Under the pieces are notes generated by a model. It worked only from the letters and a program-made list of their open reading frames with translations, ran no database searches and was not told where the DNA came from. Both the position numbers and the translations under genes were made by a program. Of a stretch of DNA of 64,000 bases, positions 1 to 14,950 are shown one piece after another; position 1 is the first letter of the stretch, and the number at the start of each line of letters is the position of its first letter. Source of the DNA: Kudoa neothunni (taxonomy: Eukaryota; Animalia; Cnidaria). The stretch lies in assembly GCA_964304625.1 (NCBI GenBank), contig OZ199840.1, positions 9,408,882 to 9,472,881 of the forward strand, read 5' to 3'.

Positions 1-294
1 AAAATTGCATCTTGATTTTCCCATCTAAAACCATCGTCGAATATACCACCTATACTGATCACAAACAATTTTTCATTTATGTCACAAAATCAGAAAAAAT
101 TGGTAAAATTTGATTATAAATATTATTATCATTATTAACAACTGGATTTAGTTTATAGGAAAAATCTTTTTTTGTTTCTCTTAATCTTGTCAGCACCAGT
201 TCTTATGACGATTTTTGTCATCGTAGGAGTTTACATCCAACGAAAATCATACAGCAATCTCTCAACTTACAAACACTTTAAAAGTGTCTTGTAA
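1..294 (+). CDS. 3' end of a single-pass membrane protein (partial; exons <1-102 and 152-294)
   Basis: Open frame joined across a phase-1 GT..AG intron (103-151) reads ...FFIYVTKSEKIVYRKNLFLFLLILSAPVLMTIFVIVGVYIQRKSYSNLSTYKHFKSVL*: a hydrophobic helix followed by a short basic tail. Not in the ORF track. Confidence 0.6.
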
Positions 295-826
295 ATTCGT
301 CATACGATTCTTAGTCTTATTTCTAATGATGTTTTCTATGATATTTTCTATTTTGGTGGTTTATACGATCCATTATTAACCCTGCTATTTTATTATTTAA
401 CATTTTTCTTTCTAAACTTTATTAAATATATATTTATAAATGAACAATTTTTTACTAATTATTAGAAGTATTTTTGATCATATTAAAATACGATAATTTT
501 TATTTTTTACTGCTATAGAAAACAACCCCTATTTCACTACAGTACGCTCACTTAAAAATAAATAGTTAAATTATGTTCAAGCATTTTAATTATTTGATTC
601 ATTTTATTATAAAATTATCGTATCAACAAAGTTTTTATTATGAAGGAAACAAAGACCATAAATTAAACACTATTTGGCAAATAATTTTTTTTATAAATAT
701 TAGACCGGTGTTTAAATATATTATTAATAACTTTTGTAATGTCAATTTATTTGTGTAACCGCATCCAATATCATAAAGCAAAAACTCGCTTGCGCCCGCG
801 CAATACAACAGTTGACAAATAAAGCT

Positions 827-1085
827 ATGGCGGGAAAGGAAAATTCTAATAATAAGTACGTTCTATTAAAAACACAACGCGGATGCGAAAAAATTCTTCA
901 CGAGGGATTTTTTTATGTTAAAGATTACGCCAAGAATAATACACAATATTTGAGATGTGACGTCAGGAAATGTAAGGGCCGGTTATCGACAACTCTTGGC
1001 GATAAAATTGATAGCATCGAGAAAAGAGGCTATCACGACCATATAGTATCTGATGAAGAAATAAATAAAACGATTTTCAACTGTG
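827..1085 (+). pseudogene. FLYWCH zinc-finger fragment, probably the N-terminus of a Mutator/MULE transposase
   Basis: KTQRGCEKILHEGFFYVK...YLRC...KCKGRL...HDH fits the FLYWCH C-C-H-H pattern. The frame is truncated near a hAT-like end (GGGAACCACTG, about 1133-1143). Confidence 0.6.
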
Positions 1086-1573
1086 ATCGAATCTCACATC
1101 CCCAAATTCATAGTTCACACCCTTAGGGGTGCGGGAACCACTGTTATGCAGGGTTTAAACATTTACGAATATTGAACCACAGCACATTAGATTGTTTAAC
1201 ATGACACGATTACATAATTACTCAGTAAACATTGTCACACATTATTAGAAAATTTAAATGTTATTTCAAAATGTATTTTGAACTGTGAAGTAATAACTTG
1301 GGAGTGTATTGATCTACATTAGACACTAAATATGAGTGAGTGTTCGTGTCAAGATGTTTCGATTATACGACGATAAATTTAAATTTAATGCCTGAGGATG
1401 TAATTATTGATTCGGAAGAAGGTTAAAAACTTTAATAGATACAATTATATTTTTTTTGTATTTTAAACTAGTGCTTTTCTCGACCTTGGGTTCTTTTAAA
1501 ATCCGCTGACAGCTCTGTTTTGAGATTATATTTTATCATGCCAATAGCCTGTTTGTTGAAAAATTCTATTTAA

Positions 1574-3989
1574 CCCTCTAAGCTATCGAAAAATTCCATC
1601 CTCTAACGGGCTTGGGATGAAAAACACCCCACCCTTTTTATTTGTTACGTTTCCTCAAAAAATTATTTTGAGTTGATTTATAAATTTTTAGAAAATTCTA
1701 GCGATAGAATTTTGAATAAATTTACATTTTTTATCCGACTTAATCCATTTCATTACCGTTCGGCTTAAGGTTCATGACTCACAACGAAAAATAGAGCCTA
1801 ACGTTAAGTTGCGTAAAAAAGAATTTGTTGAAACAAATCATATAATTTTAAAATTTACAGGATAGATAATTATTACGATTGATCGCAATAATAACATTTT
1901 CTAGATGAATGAAGCCGACAATAATAATAATATTCGCAGTTTAAACAGTTGTTAGATGGTTTTTTATCATTTTGGCGAGGACAGAAGGCGCAGCGCTCTT
2001 GTTTAGGGGTGGTTAGTATATTCTTTAAATTATTTATGCTTTGGAACTTTGTTCTTTTTAAACCAGTTAACTTTAATTTTTTATCAATTAGGGGTTGATA
2101 CAATGCTTCCGCCATCTCCTTCAAAAATGTACGTCTTAATTTTGTTGGTTGATTAAATATAATTTTGTATAATGCAAACGCATTAATTAAGGATAGATCA
2201 ACCATGTTATAAAACACGATCATTTGTCATCTTCTGTTGAATCAGCGCACAGATATGGATGTCAACATTCTATTGACCGTGTCCACACCCCCTTTTTCTT
2301 ATTGTACCGGAGTATAGTCTGAGGTCTTTTATGATCTTCAGATACATCGACGTTAAATGTCTCCGTTGACAAAAGAATTACACACTTGTTCGTTTTGTTC
2401 AAGCAGGATGTCAACATATTTTTTTTAAATGCAAAGGTAGTACTAAGTAATTCTCTGCCTTTGGACGAACGAACACATGAAGGAAGGTCTCTTTTGTTTT
2501 GCCGTATGGTTCCTAAGTATGTTAAGTGTTTCTCCAATAGTTTAATAGACGAGAAGAAAGTATCAGACACTATTGTTCTGCCTGTATGGTACAATGGAGT
2601 CGCCAGCGATAGCACAATATTTCCACCAACGCTAGAGGATCGAGGATCAGCTAACTTGGTCTCCATTTTTTCCAAGATATGGGGAAATATTTATAAGGTA
2701 GCCGTGTACCGAATCCACAAGAAGAAAAAATTTCAATCCGTATTTCGCCGGTTTCAGCGACATATACTGCCTGCAAGGACATCGTGCTTTAAAAGATACC
2801 AATTGCTCATCCACATGCTCCATAAATGGCGAATAGGGCAAAATTTGTCTTGTTCTCTCCTTGGTGCTCTTGTGGTTAAATCATCAAAGTGAAGACTTTG
2901 CGGTATTTGCCTAAATTGATTATAGGAGAAGAGTTGGCGATATATTTGTTTTGCTTCAGTTAAACTAAAAAGTTCCAATAGAGGCTCTTCTCTATCTTTA
3001 TGGATAGCCATCAATATTAGAACCCCCAAAAATCCTTTGAATTCTGTCTCGTCTAAATCGATCCAAGAATCACGAAATTGAGATTTTCTAAATAGATTAG
3101 TATATTTTATAATTTCTTGACAAATATGATTCGTAAAAAAATAACGAAACAATCTAAAATATTTTGGATCCTTTGTAAGGCAAATGCCGTTGGGCCAGGA
3201 TGAGAATCCATTATGTTTTCAATCGACGTTCTTGATTGACGATGTTGGTATTTTCAATGTCCAGAGGATTCCGCTTTTACTGGTTGTTGTATTGTCTTCA
3301 GCACCTTCATTCTCAGATGTTTCATCGGAATTGCATGATAATTCGAACAAATTATCATCTATTTCGCTGCCAGACGATTGGGTGTTATCAAAAACTTCAT
3401 CAGAAGTGCTCATTGTAATTCGACTACCAGAACAGCCCAACACATGAAATCTTCGGATTCAAATAATCTCGTTTATTTACATACCCCAAATTTGCGCATA
3501 ATAAAAAAAATAAAATTTCAAAGGGGACGTTCATTAACGTTATAGTTCTAAATATATGTCTGGTAATTAATACAACTTGATATGTCCGAAAAAATCGATG
3601 TTTCATAATCTGGATGATAGGAAAACTTTAATATTGTGTCCACGGAACTTTATGAGTGATCACCGAAATGAAGTAGGTAATACAATAATTGCAGATTTTC
3701 TTCGAAATTCGTTGATAGAATTCATTAAAATTTTATAAATCAACTCAAATAATTTTTGAGGAAATTTAACAAAAAAAGGTGGGATGTTTTCACCCCAAAC
3801 CCGTTAAAGGATGGATTTTTTTTGGCATGACTATAACTTATAATTTATCTAAATTTTTGATATGTTGTACGTTTTAAAAGTATAGTGGAATAGCGTAAAT
3901 TTTGATTTGATACGAGAAGGTCGTAAAATGTTATTCAAGGATTAAATGTGGTTTGGGGTATTATAATACACTCCAAATCCGTTAGTGGG
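1574..3989 (-). mobile_element. piggyBac DNA transposon with frameshifted transposase
   Basis: TTAA|CCC at 1570-1576 and GGG|TTAA at 3987-3993; long subterminal inverted repeats (about 1590-1710 vs 3705-3820). Minus-strand fragments VDEQLVSFKARCPCRQY..KPAKYG, GRTIVSDTFFSS, YNKKKGV and a Cys-rich C-terminus span 1873-3443. Confidence 0.9.
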
Positions 3990-4006
3990 TTAATAACTAT
4001 TTAAAT

Positions 4007-4881
4007 CAGTGTTTCCTAGTATTAGGTCGCATAATAATTTTATGGGATCCGTGAGGAGGCGTTTTCTCTATAAAAATTATTCTTTCGTCAATTCTTGGCT
4101 ATAATAAAATCCGAATTTTCAAACATACGGATGGAACAATAATATCATAAATATACAATAAAATCTCGATATTGCATAATTTTTTGCGACCAAGTAAAGT
4201 TGTTCAATAGAAAGAACATAAATTTTGCCATTTTTTTACATCTTATGTGAAATTACACTATAAAAAAATGGGTATGACTTTATATGTACTTATTTTTCCT
4301 TTACCAAGATAAAATTATCAAAAAATATGCTAAAATACAGTGCAAACTCGGACCTTGACCATAATCAGTCCTATAAGTGTGTCCTCGCTCCGATTAATTT
4401 TTCCCCAAGCGAAATAAAGAAAATTAATTTAATCTGTTACCGCGCTCAAATAAATGATTATTTTTATTCTTATTTATGAAAAAATGCATACCTTGTGTTG
4501 ATAAATTATAACAAATAAACATTAAATATAATAATAAAAAAATATAGGATAATAATTTTTGGTTGTCATACGATAGATTATAAAGGACTCTCTTTTGATG
4601 ACGTTCGCACAATTTGATTGAGCTACCTCTTTCCTAGAATTTCTTGTTATCTCTGTTTTTTGCTCCAAATAGATTTGTTCTGAATATCCTTTCTATATGT
4701 GTTTGAATTCAAAAGTGTTTCTGACTCAATAATTTTGGTCCAACTCCAAGGTTGCACTGTATAACGAATTACGCAATACCGAGAGTTTACTGTAATATAC
4801 ATGGTTAATAAATTCAAGAATTAGTATTCATTTAACTTAGAATGTGAGGGATTCGTGAACCAAAAAGGTTGGGAAACTCTG
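4007..4881. mobile_element. Non-autonomous hAT-type element containing a Tc1/Tigger-like MITE (4338-4759)
   Basis: Outer ends CAGTGTTTCC / GGGAAACTCTG with a degenerate 8-bp flank (ATTTAAAT/CATTAAAT). Inner ends TA|CAGTGCAAACTCGG / CCAAGGTTGCACTG|TA. Confidence 0.55.
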
Positions 4882-5460
4882 CATTAAATTAGGGAATTTT
4901 GCAGATCCACATAATCAATTCACCTAAATTTTGACGAGAAGAATTGAGTAAAAGATTAGTTTTCTGGAGCGAGTATGTGTGGTCAATTTAACTCTCATAC
5001 TAATGCGAGAGATCACATGTAATCATCTACAATCCCTGCATACCGTTCATGGGTCGGTCAGAACTTAGAGCCTAATTTGCTGGGCAAGGGTATGTAGATT
5101 AGTACCAACAAAATGAACCAAATTATGCCCCTTATGTTGCTTTCATCATTTATTCTAATTACGGTTAATTACTTTTCTCTTAAAATATATTAATTAATAA
5201 GATTAAAAAGATAACAAATAAGAAACCAAGAACTTTCAGCGAAATTTTACATTAAAGCATAACTTATTGCTAGCCAAAAAAACCAATCACAACCTAAGGG
5301 CATAATTTAAAAAAAACTACCAATATAATAAAAATAATATGAAGTTTGACAGAATTACGACAAATCCACTTTAGTCTGAGGTAGATGAAACCAACTACAT
5401 CATACACAGATTATGTACACACATAGAGATGATCGTGTTGGGTTGTGCTTTGATAACCAA

Positions 5461-6454
<994 letters not shown>

Positions 6455-7316
6455 CACTCCAGATCACACGACACACCGACGATGATTTTACCAAACAAAT
6501 AACGGACATGTTCGGCCTGTAGTAACTCAATTATTTTTTGTTAATCTCTCTCATACAGATATTCTATTCATAATGATTTAACACTATGAGTTAATCTTCG
6601 GTGTATCGCTCGTCGACTCAACCAATCTATCCATTTGATTGGTTGGCAGGCTTGTTTATAGTGCGTGTGGTTAACCACCCCTGTTGGATGATTCGATTAC
6701 CACAAATCAACGCTTAACCGACTTTAAGTATCCGATTTTGCGAGTTATTATTATACACTATTCATCCTCCGAGATAATAGATGATTCACACTTTTTTAAC
6801 ACACATTAGAACTGTTCAAATATTTAGGATTGTAGACTGTTTACTGGTAGAATGTGAAGATTAGATAATTTTAATGCTTTGATTTTTTTTATTAGATAAT
6901 TTCGCAAATTACTGCTTTTTGAAATTGACAGTTTCATATGCAACCGTTGTAGAGCGTTACCAATGATAACAAATTAAATTCGTTAAACTAATTCATCGTT
7001 CTTAATCAATACCAATTAAGGCATATTTTGGGAGTGATTTTTCTGATATAAATAAGTAAATTAAAAAATGAATTATTAATGTATAAAAAATGTTCAGGTG
7101 ATAAAGGAAACGGCAAAATTTAATCCTATGGGATGTGTGCTGAATGAAAATAATTTTTGTCGGCGTTCGATGTTCAGATGTGTGATTCGAAGATAATTTA
7201 AACAGAAGATTTCAAGAATTAAAACTCTCAATTATTGATTGATAAATGATAGTTGTAGTGATTAATAATTAATCGCGCATGAGAATAAGCAGGAGGATTA
7301 AATTTGTTTGGTCTTT

Positions 7317-7343
7317 AGTAGTAGTAGTAGTAGTAGTAGTAGT
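7317..7343. repeat. (AGT)n microsatellite
   Basis: About 9 perfect trinucleotide units. Confidence 0.85.
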
Positions 7344-7864
7344 CTTTTTATACTTTCCTTCACAGACCAAGAGGTAGACCATTTAAAGTAGAATATTGAT
7401 AAAATACCCCAATTTAATTATTGTACGTATCTATGAGAATTAGGATGGTTACCATAAATTTGATTAATTTCACAAATAATTATTTTTTTATTGTCCCATT
7501 AATATATAATTATGAGCGCAAGGCATTTTTAATAGGATAAAGTTTGTAAGGCTGTAGTTATTGCTATATAAATGGCTTAAATGAAACGTGTATTGTAGCT
7601 AGTGTTGGCATATGTGCGAAATTAATAAAGTTTAAAACAATAATTAACGAAATAATCAATTCCTCATTATTATGTAATGTAACTAAATTTAGAAAAATCG
7701 TTAATAAAAGTGTAGCATGTGGATTGAGTAGGTTGTAATCCAAGAATGACATATGGGCGGATCGAGATAAAGCGCTATGACACCACCACCTTTAACCTTC
7801 CGATCATCTCGGGGGTCAAATTGACACCAGAACCTATTGTATGTTGCATTATAAATTTTCTATA

Positions 7865-8072
7865 TGTTATAGTTTGGGATTAAGGCCGCGCAAAAGAAAG
7901 AGAACTGGAATAAAATAGACTAAAGGTAGTGATGGTATTCCTCCCAGTTTAGGTTTAGTCGTGTCTATGTATATCTCTGTAGCGTGCGACCCGGCTCGGT
8001 CTCCACCGGGTCGCCCACCCGGGAACGACTTCCCTCTTTATTGTGAGGGATCGTGATTCTCGGATTATGACA
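7865..8072. mobile_element. Probable solo LTR (208 bp)
   Basis: GC-richer island bounded by TGTTATAGT...ATTATGACA, near-identical 5-bp flanks CTATA/TTATA, an internal GCGACCCGG/CCGGGTCGC hairpin and AATAAA on the minus strand. Confidence 0.55.
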
Positions 8073-8908
8073 TTATACATAGAAGAATTTAACAGTGGTA
8101 ATATAAGATTTATTCCTCTAAAACATATAATATTTTATAATGTTTGAAATAAAATACACAACGATATACAAAAAACTATATACTTTGTGTTTTTGGGTCA
8201 ATTTGACCACATGATTTTTATTGCTTAAACTGATAATAAAATATTTAAATAATTAAATGGTTGAGTTTTGTTAAATTCTACTGGCGGAAAATATTGCGAA
8301 AATAAGGAAAACATGTACACGAGATCACACACGATGACACAGGTGCATCGGTTTTAGCGCGCCATGGACACTAATTTACTCGAGATATCCCCCTTTGACT
8401 ATGGTAGCAATGCTAACGAAATATTTTTTGTCATTCATTTTAGATCTCAAAAGTTAATTTCCGGCGGATCTGATTGTAACAATGAGGATTTGAATGCGTA
8501 TGGCGAGAAGAATAATTTTTATGACCTAAATTGTATCCATATAGCAATATAAAAAAATGTATATTGTCGATGTGCGCGCCAACCAAAATGTGTTAAAATG
8601 ATTAATTGACCATTTTTACTTTTCCCCGCCCCAAGGGAATTAGCTAAAAGTGGTTACCTACTTTTAGGAAACTAATTTATTACTCACAGTACGGGTTGAT
8701 TTAATCTATCAATATATCAATTAAAAAAATTTTTTAAGCATTTTTACATCTCAAAAATTGTTGTCTGGTTAGTTCGTTACTTTAAAGTCCAAATTGACGA
8801 AAACGAAGATGGCACCAACTAATTCACATGAATTTTGACTTATTATATACATGGAATGTACATCGTAGTGAAAATACGACGAGGACCTGTTGATATATTT
8901 TTATTTAA

Positions 8909-11213
8909 CCTTATAAGTTATAACTGACACTGACATTGACTTTGGGGTAAAAATAACCCCAGGTGTTTTTTTTACGAATGTAATCGAAAAATTGTTAACA
9001 AAACGACGGAAACGTATAGGAGGAAATTTGTCCATAGATTATTAAGAAAATTATGAATTTTTCAGCTGACTAATCTTATGTAATCTCATTCGGCTACGTT
9101 CATAATAATCGACCGAAAAAAATACACCGAATCAAATACAGTAAGTAACCGATTTTCGGTAACTTCAGACTTTCCTCCCTTAAAATATTATTTTAATATT
9201 TTAAACCATATATTTCATTTTATGTTATTTGTCGGTTTTAATGATAATTTACAAAAATTGAACATTTAAAAATGGTTTTTCCGATTATTAGCGCTTAATC
9301 GATTTTCCGTAACTTTTCAGCTATAGGCAGATTTAATGGTGTGTTTTTTTTCATTTGTAATGCCTGGAAAGTTTAAAAATGAGGAAATAATAAAATTAAA
9401 ATATAAATTTCTTGATTTTTTTAAAGTACACTAATCATAAATGCAAAAATACTACCTTTCGTAAATTTGATCTCCCTACTATTTCTACTCTAGATATCAT
9501 CTTGATTAGGAAGAAAGATATAGTTTTATCTTATAAACTGGGTTGACTTCTTTAGAGAGAAAAAATTTTAAGCAATATTCAAAACACGACATCGCTACTT
9601 TAGTAGTACATGACTGGGTGAATTACTTGAGATAAAACAAATTGAACTATCTGCTCATGATATCATACTTGAAAGAAACCGATTGACAAAAGAATTGAAC
9701 CTAAGCGTAATAATGTCCCATGATTGATTTCTTGGTTTTAAACCACGATGGAATTTAAAAATATCACTGCCCATGGTGATGCTGCATATGATGGCTAAGT
9801 CAAAGGTTCCAACGATGACTGTATCATTAAGCTAGGTGAAATTGCACTATTTTATTAACAACATAGAGGTCCATTATTTTTAATGTTATGTTTTGTCGAG
9901 AGAAAAAAATCTAAAATATAGTTAATGTTTTGCGGAATGCATCTATGCCTGGAGGTTGCATTGAATCTCTTGTGATCGGAAATCACAAAAACCACGTTGT
10001 TTTAAAAATCCTAAAATATTTATAGTAAAATACAAATTCAACCAGCGTTTTGCAACTACTAGACCATGGAATCATTTTCTCATTCCTATTAAATTATTTC
10101 TGTAATTTAATAGAAAGCCATATTGCCGCAATTAACAGGGATATAAATATATCCTCCCAAGATTAGCTTAAAACATTGTTCCTAATTATAAATAATGCGA
10201 CGGGGTTTCAAATGATATTATATTTAATTGGTTCAGAAAATACGAGCGTTCATTAAATATTCATTTAAGCAATAAAGAATTCTCAGCTGGAAATTCCGAG
10301 ATTATTCAAAAGGAAATCATTATGCCTACATCAAAACACTTTGACGAGCTTGCCCCTTTGATTGTTGAATCTGCTAATTTTGAAACTGAAGATGATTGAG
10401 TGGTAGAATTTATATGATCAAAAGATTCATATAAATGTTTAAACATGCGGAAGAAATATACGACACACACATTTAAAAATAAAAATAATATAAAATAACA
10501 TATTGTTTCAATAAAAGGAGATGAATGAATGAAATTAATTTATTTAAAATCGGTTGTTGTTGTTTTTTTTTGCGCGCGCAGAAAGATACGGAAAATCGGT
10601 TACCTACTACTATAATATTAGAACAGTGTTAAGCACAATTTCGGGTTGTGAGAGCCATATGAGTACATTATGAGTTGCTCAATGGTCGCAAGTTATAAAA
10701 CCTACAATTAATCACTATTAAAACGCTACATATAAATAATAAAGCAGAGAAAACATAAACACAATTAAATGCAGAAAAAAGTTTGTTTCTAATTTACTGT
10801 CACTCTGTATTTATTTAAGGTACAGAATAGACTGGAAAAATTGCTCTATTTAATTAATATTCGATGACACTTGGTAACAAATCACCATTTAATTTTAATT
10901 AATCAGTACATATTTAAATTTGAATATGGCATAAAGCTCCACAGAATGCACTTTTCTGACCACTACATTGAGCTAGTTTTTGTGAATCAAATATCCATAG
11001 GTATCACATGTTATGTTTAACGATACCTTACGGGAGACAGCGAATCACGAATGACCAGATTATAGAAGATTAATTCGCATAATAATTATTGATTATTACA
11101 ATAATTTAGCGATAGATTTCCTCCCAAATTATCCAATCGTTTTTTAACAATTTTACAATCACATTTATTGGAAAAAACCTGGGGTTATTTTTACCCCAAA
11201 GTGCGTTAGAGGG
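8909..11213. mobile_element. piggyBac-type MITE
   Basis: TTAA at both ends and a perfect 26-bp subterminal inverted repeat ACTTTGGGGTAAAAATAACCCCAGGT (8939-8964 vs 11177-11202). Confidence 0.7.
9139..10612. mobile_element. Decayed pogo/Tigger-like element
   Basis: TA|CAGTAAGTAACCGATTTTC.GTA at the left, inverted TACGGAAAATCGGTTACCTACT at the right; no intact ORF. Confidence 0.55.
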
Positions 11214-12898
11214 TTAATATTTCCTGACTACATAATTATTTATTGTATTCAACGATGCAATAAATAACTGAGAGTAAATTTACCCTCAAAAGCACCAAGT
11301 GTGTAGTCGATTTTGAGTCGTTGGGAGGTTAAATACTGATAACACAAGTCGGAATCCCAGCATGGACCTTGTGTTACAAAAAGGAGTGATAATTTCCAAC
11401 AATATTTTTAGACTAATTGATATTTCTTTATTAGTTTTACTTTATATAGTAGATAATCACTTTTATGCAATTTTTTAAAAACGCAACATATTTTATAAAT
11501 ATTGAGTAAGCATAAGTTTTATTTAAATTTCAAAATTTACTGTGAATTTTGAGAAAATTTGAATTAAATAAGACAGTAAATAATCTGGAAATCACGTTAT
11601 CATCTAGTTTTACGACGTTTTTAGGTGGATGCTAATTTGTAATAGAGAGTTATATAATTATCGGATTACTGAAGAATATCGAGATGTGTATACACTATAC
11701 ATAATTTTCGTTTAAATATTCATTTCTATAGTTCAGTACTTTTTAAAAAGTGTTAATAAACCGATGGCACGTTGAACATATTTTTTACCAGAATATATGT
11801 CGTTTATTTTTTAAAAAAGTTAATATAAACAAAATTGGCATAATTATAGGAGATTACACGAAGTTATAAGCTAGAATTTAGAGTTTTGATAGGTAAAAAC
11901 ACAGATTTAAGAAAAATGGGGTCTCGAAAAACCTCCACAGGATTAAATCATCATTGCAATGTAATAGGTAGTATTCGCTTATTGTAATGAATTTATTTAT
12001 TGGTTAATTTCAAGAAGAATTAAATAGGAGAGAATCATTTCACTAGTTCCATTGTTAATCCGATGTAATCTTATTTTTCAAGATAACCTGAAGCTCGTAA
12101 GAATGAGTGAAAACGTGAGGCTATTTCTTCAAATTACCGATGACCCAATTATTTCTATTAAGGAAATATGAATTAATAAAGTACCCCGAAAATTAAAAGG
12201 CTATGATTCTATTGACGTTCGAGAATAGCCGAGACTATTGAAAAGAACAAGGAGCCATCCATATTTATGAAAAACTGTATTGAGCAATTTAATGTAATAA
12301 AAAAAATTATTTTAAAACAAAACACACAGAAATTTTTACATTTATTGTAAAAAATGATTAAAAAGTCATCTAAACAGAGCACGTAAAAATCACAACTACA
12401 GTACGTAATCTTTTAAGATAATAAGTTTATTTGCGAAGAATTATTGATAGCTTAAGTAAATTTATATGATTCAAAAAGTTTTTCACATTTTCAATCTAAA
12501 TATTAGATTGTATCTAATATTAATGCACCTGCCATTCATACTAATCACATTAAAAAGAGTTAACATCGTAAGAGAAAATTAGAATATTAAAAGTGTAACT
12601 CGGTAATATATTGTCATCAATTGAATAATAGAGACTACTGAGCTGAGAAAAAATTGTTAATCCATTGGTAATAATCGGATTAATTGTCTCAATGTATCTA
12701 TAGAGTTGCCACATGTAAAGTAGAGCATAATAGATATTTTTTCCGATTTCAATACAATTGATTCGCGTACATATTCTATGAATCAATTTTTAAGTTTTTC
12801 CCCGTTGGATGTCAACAACACCTTTCGCGGAATGACTTCGGACGTCTATAACGGATTAACCCGAGATTAAAGGTAATCCACTGTTATTATTGGGGGTG

Positions 12899-14399
12899 AT
12901 GTCAAGTGAACTTTTGAATTATATAACAGAAAAGCCTACAATTAAAGGACTAAACGACTATATTAGTAGTAAATATAACGCTACAAAAACTAGCCTACCT
13001 TTGTTCGGATATGTTGTATCAAGCACCTGCAATTGCGCCATATTTATGGTGCACAAACTTACCCCTATTGCGGTGAAATCGTTGGATGTGTCGAAGAGAA
13101 TTATTAGACCAGTTGTCGGTGAGATTGATGATCCAATAAAATCGCTTGATCATTATGCCTGTGAAAAATTGAAGAATGCCGAACAAACAGTAGATACAGT
13201 GGTCGATTGTTCCCAACAACGAATTCATAATGCAAGGCTGAGAGCCGAAGATTTTTTCATTGGAAAATGTGTGCACAAAGCCTATCAAACCACAAATTAC
13301 GCAATAGATGGGATCGAAACCGCGCTCGAAAATATGTCCTTAATTCGAAAGAGATCACCTCCTAGCTCCACAAAAAGTGACAGCAGTTTGAGCGAAAAGG
13401 GCAGCAAACAAACTGAAGTATTGCCAACTTCACCTTTATCACAGAACGATTTCGACAAGACAAAAATCGAATTTCTAAAAAACAAACAATTTGAAGCTCG
13501 ACAAAAACTTTTGAATATTTTTGCCAATCCTGAACTTTGGAATGAGAGCATGGAAGAGTACCGTATGCTGAGTGCTCATATCAACGATCTACATAAACGA
13601 ATTGTTAACGAGGGATTTGTTGCTGATATCCATTCAAAAATAGCTCATCTTATTTCTTTCTATGTAAAAGATTAAACAATAGATGTTTTCTGCATCCATA
13701 TAAAAAATCCCTAACATATTTTATTTTTTAGGTTACAGTTGTAGAAACAACATTTTGTTGGGCGATTTCATCAATGCAGGCTTGCTATAATAAAGCTCAT
13801 TGTTTTAGAAGATATTTTTTATCGCAGATTCAAGGAGTTATTACATCAGCAGTTGACAGTGCGAAAATCATCGGTACGCCTGTTGCTTTTGAATCGTTAT
13901 CGAAATCAGCGGTAGAACAGTTAAATTTTACAACACATCTGATACTATTTTAGGGCCAAATGTACGACAACTCAAAAAATAATGTGGTTAGTGCCTATGA
14001 AAAATTGGATTTTACCTTAAAACTTTATTTCCAATTTTTGATGGCCACTATTAGTCGCCATATCACTGTTGTAAGTGTACCTTAGGTGATTGCTAAAATT
14101 CTTATATGAGATTCATCATTTAGAATGTACTCCCGGTAACTGAAGCCTATATCAGACAGTTGGTACCGATAGTCTTCAACTTTTATCTTACCGTGGCCAA
14201 TCATAACTATTTCTCCGTATCTGATCTCCAGACAGATTTAATCGAAATCAACAGTATACCTACGATCGAGTTTCCAGATGAATATGATACTGAGGGCGGA
14301 GATGAAGTTTCATTGCTCGATTCTCCCAAGGAAATTTCTCCTTCCGCACGTTCTGATTCAACACTTTCCTACTATGACGCTTGCAGCGAATTAACTTAA
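12899..14399 (+). CDS. Perilipin-family lipid-droplet protein, 4 exons (12899-13663, 13732-13911, 13954-14070, 14124-14399)
   Basis: N-terminal PAT-like segment (P-TI...ISSKYNATKTSLPLFGYV...PIKSLDHYACEKLKNAE) followed by helical regions; three phase-0 GT-AG introns keep the frame open. Confidence 0.75.
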
Positions 14400-14950
14400 T
14401 AGCACTTTATTTTGCACTGTGCTTCATTTGATAAATTTATGTTTGGTAATGTGAGTTTTCTATTAATTGCTAGAACTAAGTCTAAGTAGGTTGTAATATT
14501 TTAGTGTTAGCTATTTCTCATTGTTTGTTTTCAATTTATTATCATCATTGTCATTTACAAGGTGTAATTTAAGTAATGTCTTATTTGTTTTGTCTTGGAA
14601 ACGTATTTTTAATTTGATTAATGACATTAATTTTCTGAGAAATATAGTGTTTCGCCAATCACCACAAATTTATTATATTCATAAAATTCTTAAATCTCTG
14701 TTATATTTTGAATCTCGCTTTCTTTTGCTATTATCAAACTCTCAGTGTAGTCATCTAATGAAACGATTAATAAGTGCTCCCCAAAGTTACCTTTAATCGT
14801 AAAATAGACTCAATTTAAAAAAATAACATCTGGAAAATTTGAATGTAAAGCGAAATTTAATATTTAAGCATTATAAAATATAGTTTGTGGATCACTAATG
14901 GATTTTCAATAATTTTAAGATCATTAGTTGTATGCAAAATTTATTGATTA

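Larger units (their letters stand above)
7796..11328. mobile_element. piggyBac-type non-autonomous element hosting nested insertions
   Basis: TTAA|CCTTCCGATCATCTC at the left and GAGTCGTTGGGAGG|TTAA at the right, with subterminal GGGGTCAAATTGACACC-type palindromes. Confidence 0.5.

Noticed and set aside
2386-3447. Plus-strand ORFs over the piggyBac element
   Set aside because: Antisense shadows of the minus-strand transposase.
6619-6645. Perfect 9-bp inverted repeat CAACCAATC/GATTGGTTG upstream of Rab6
   Set aside because: Compatible with paired CCAAT boxes, but too short to support a call.
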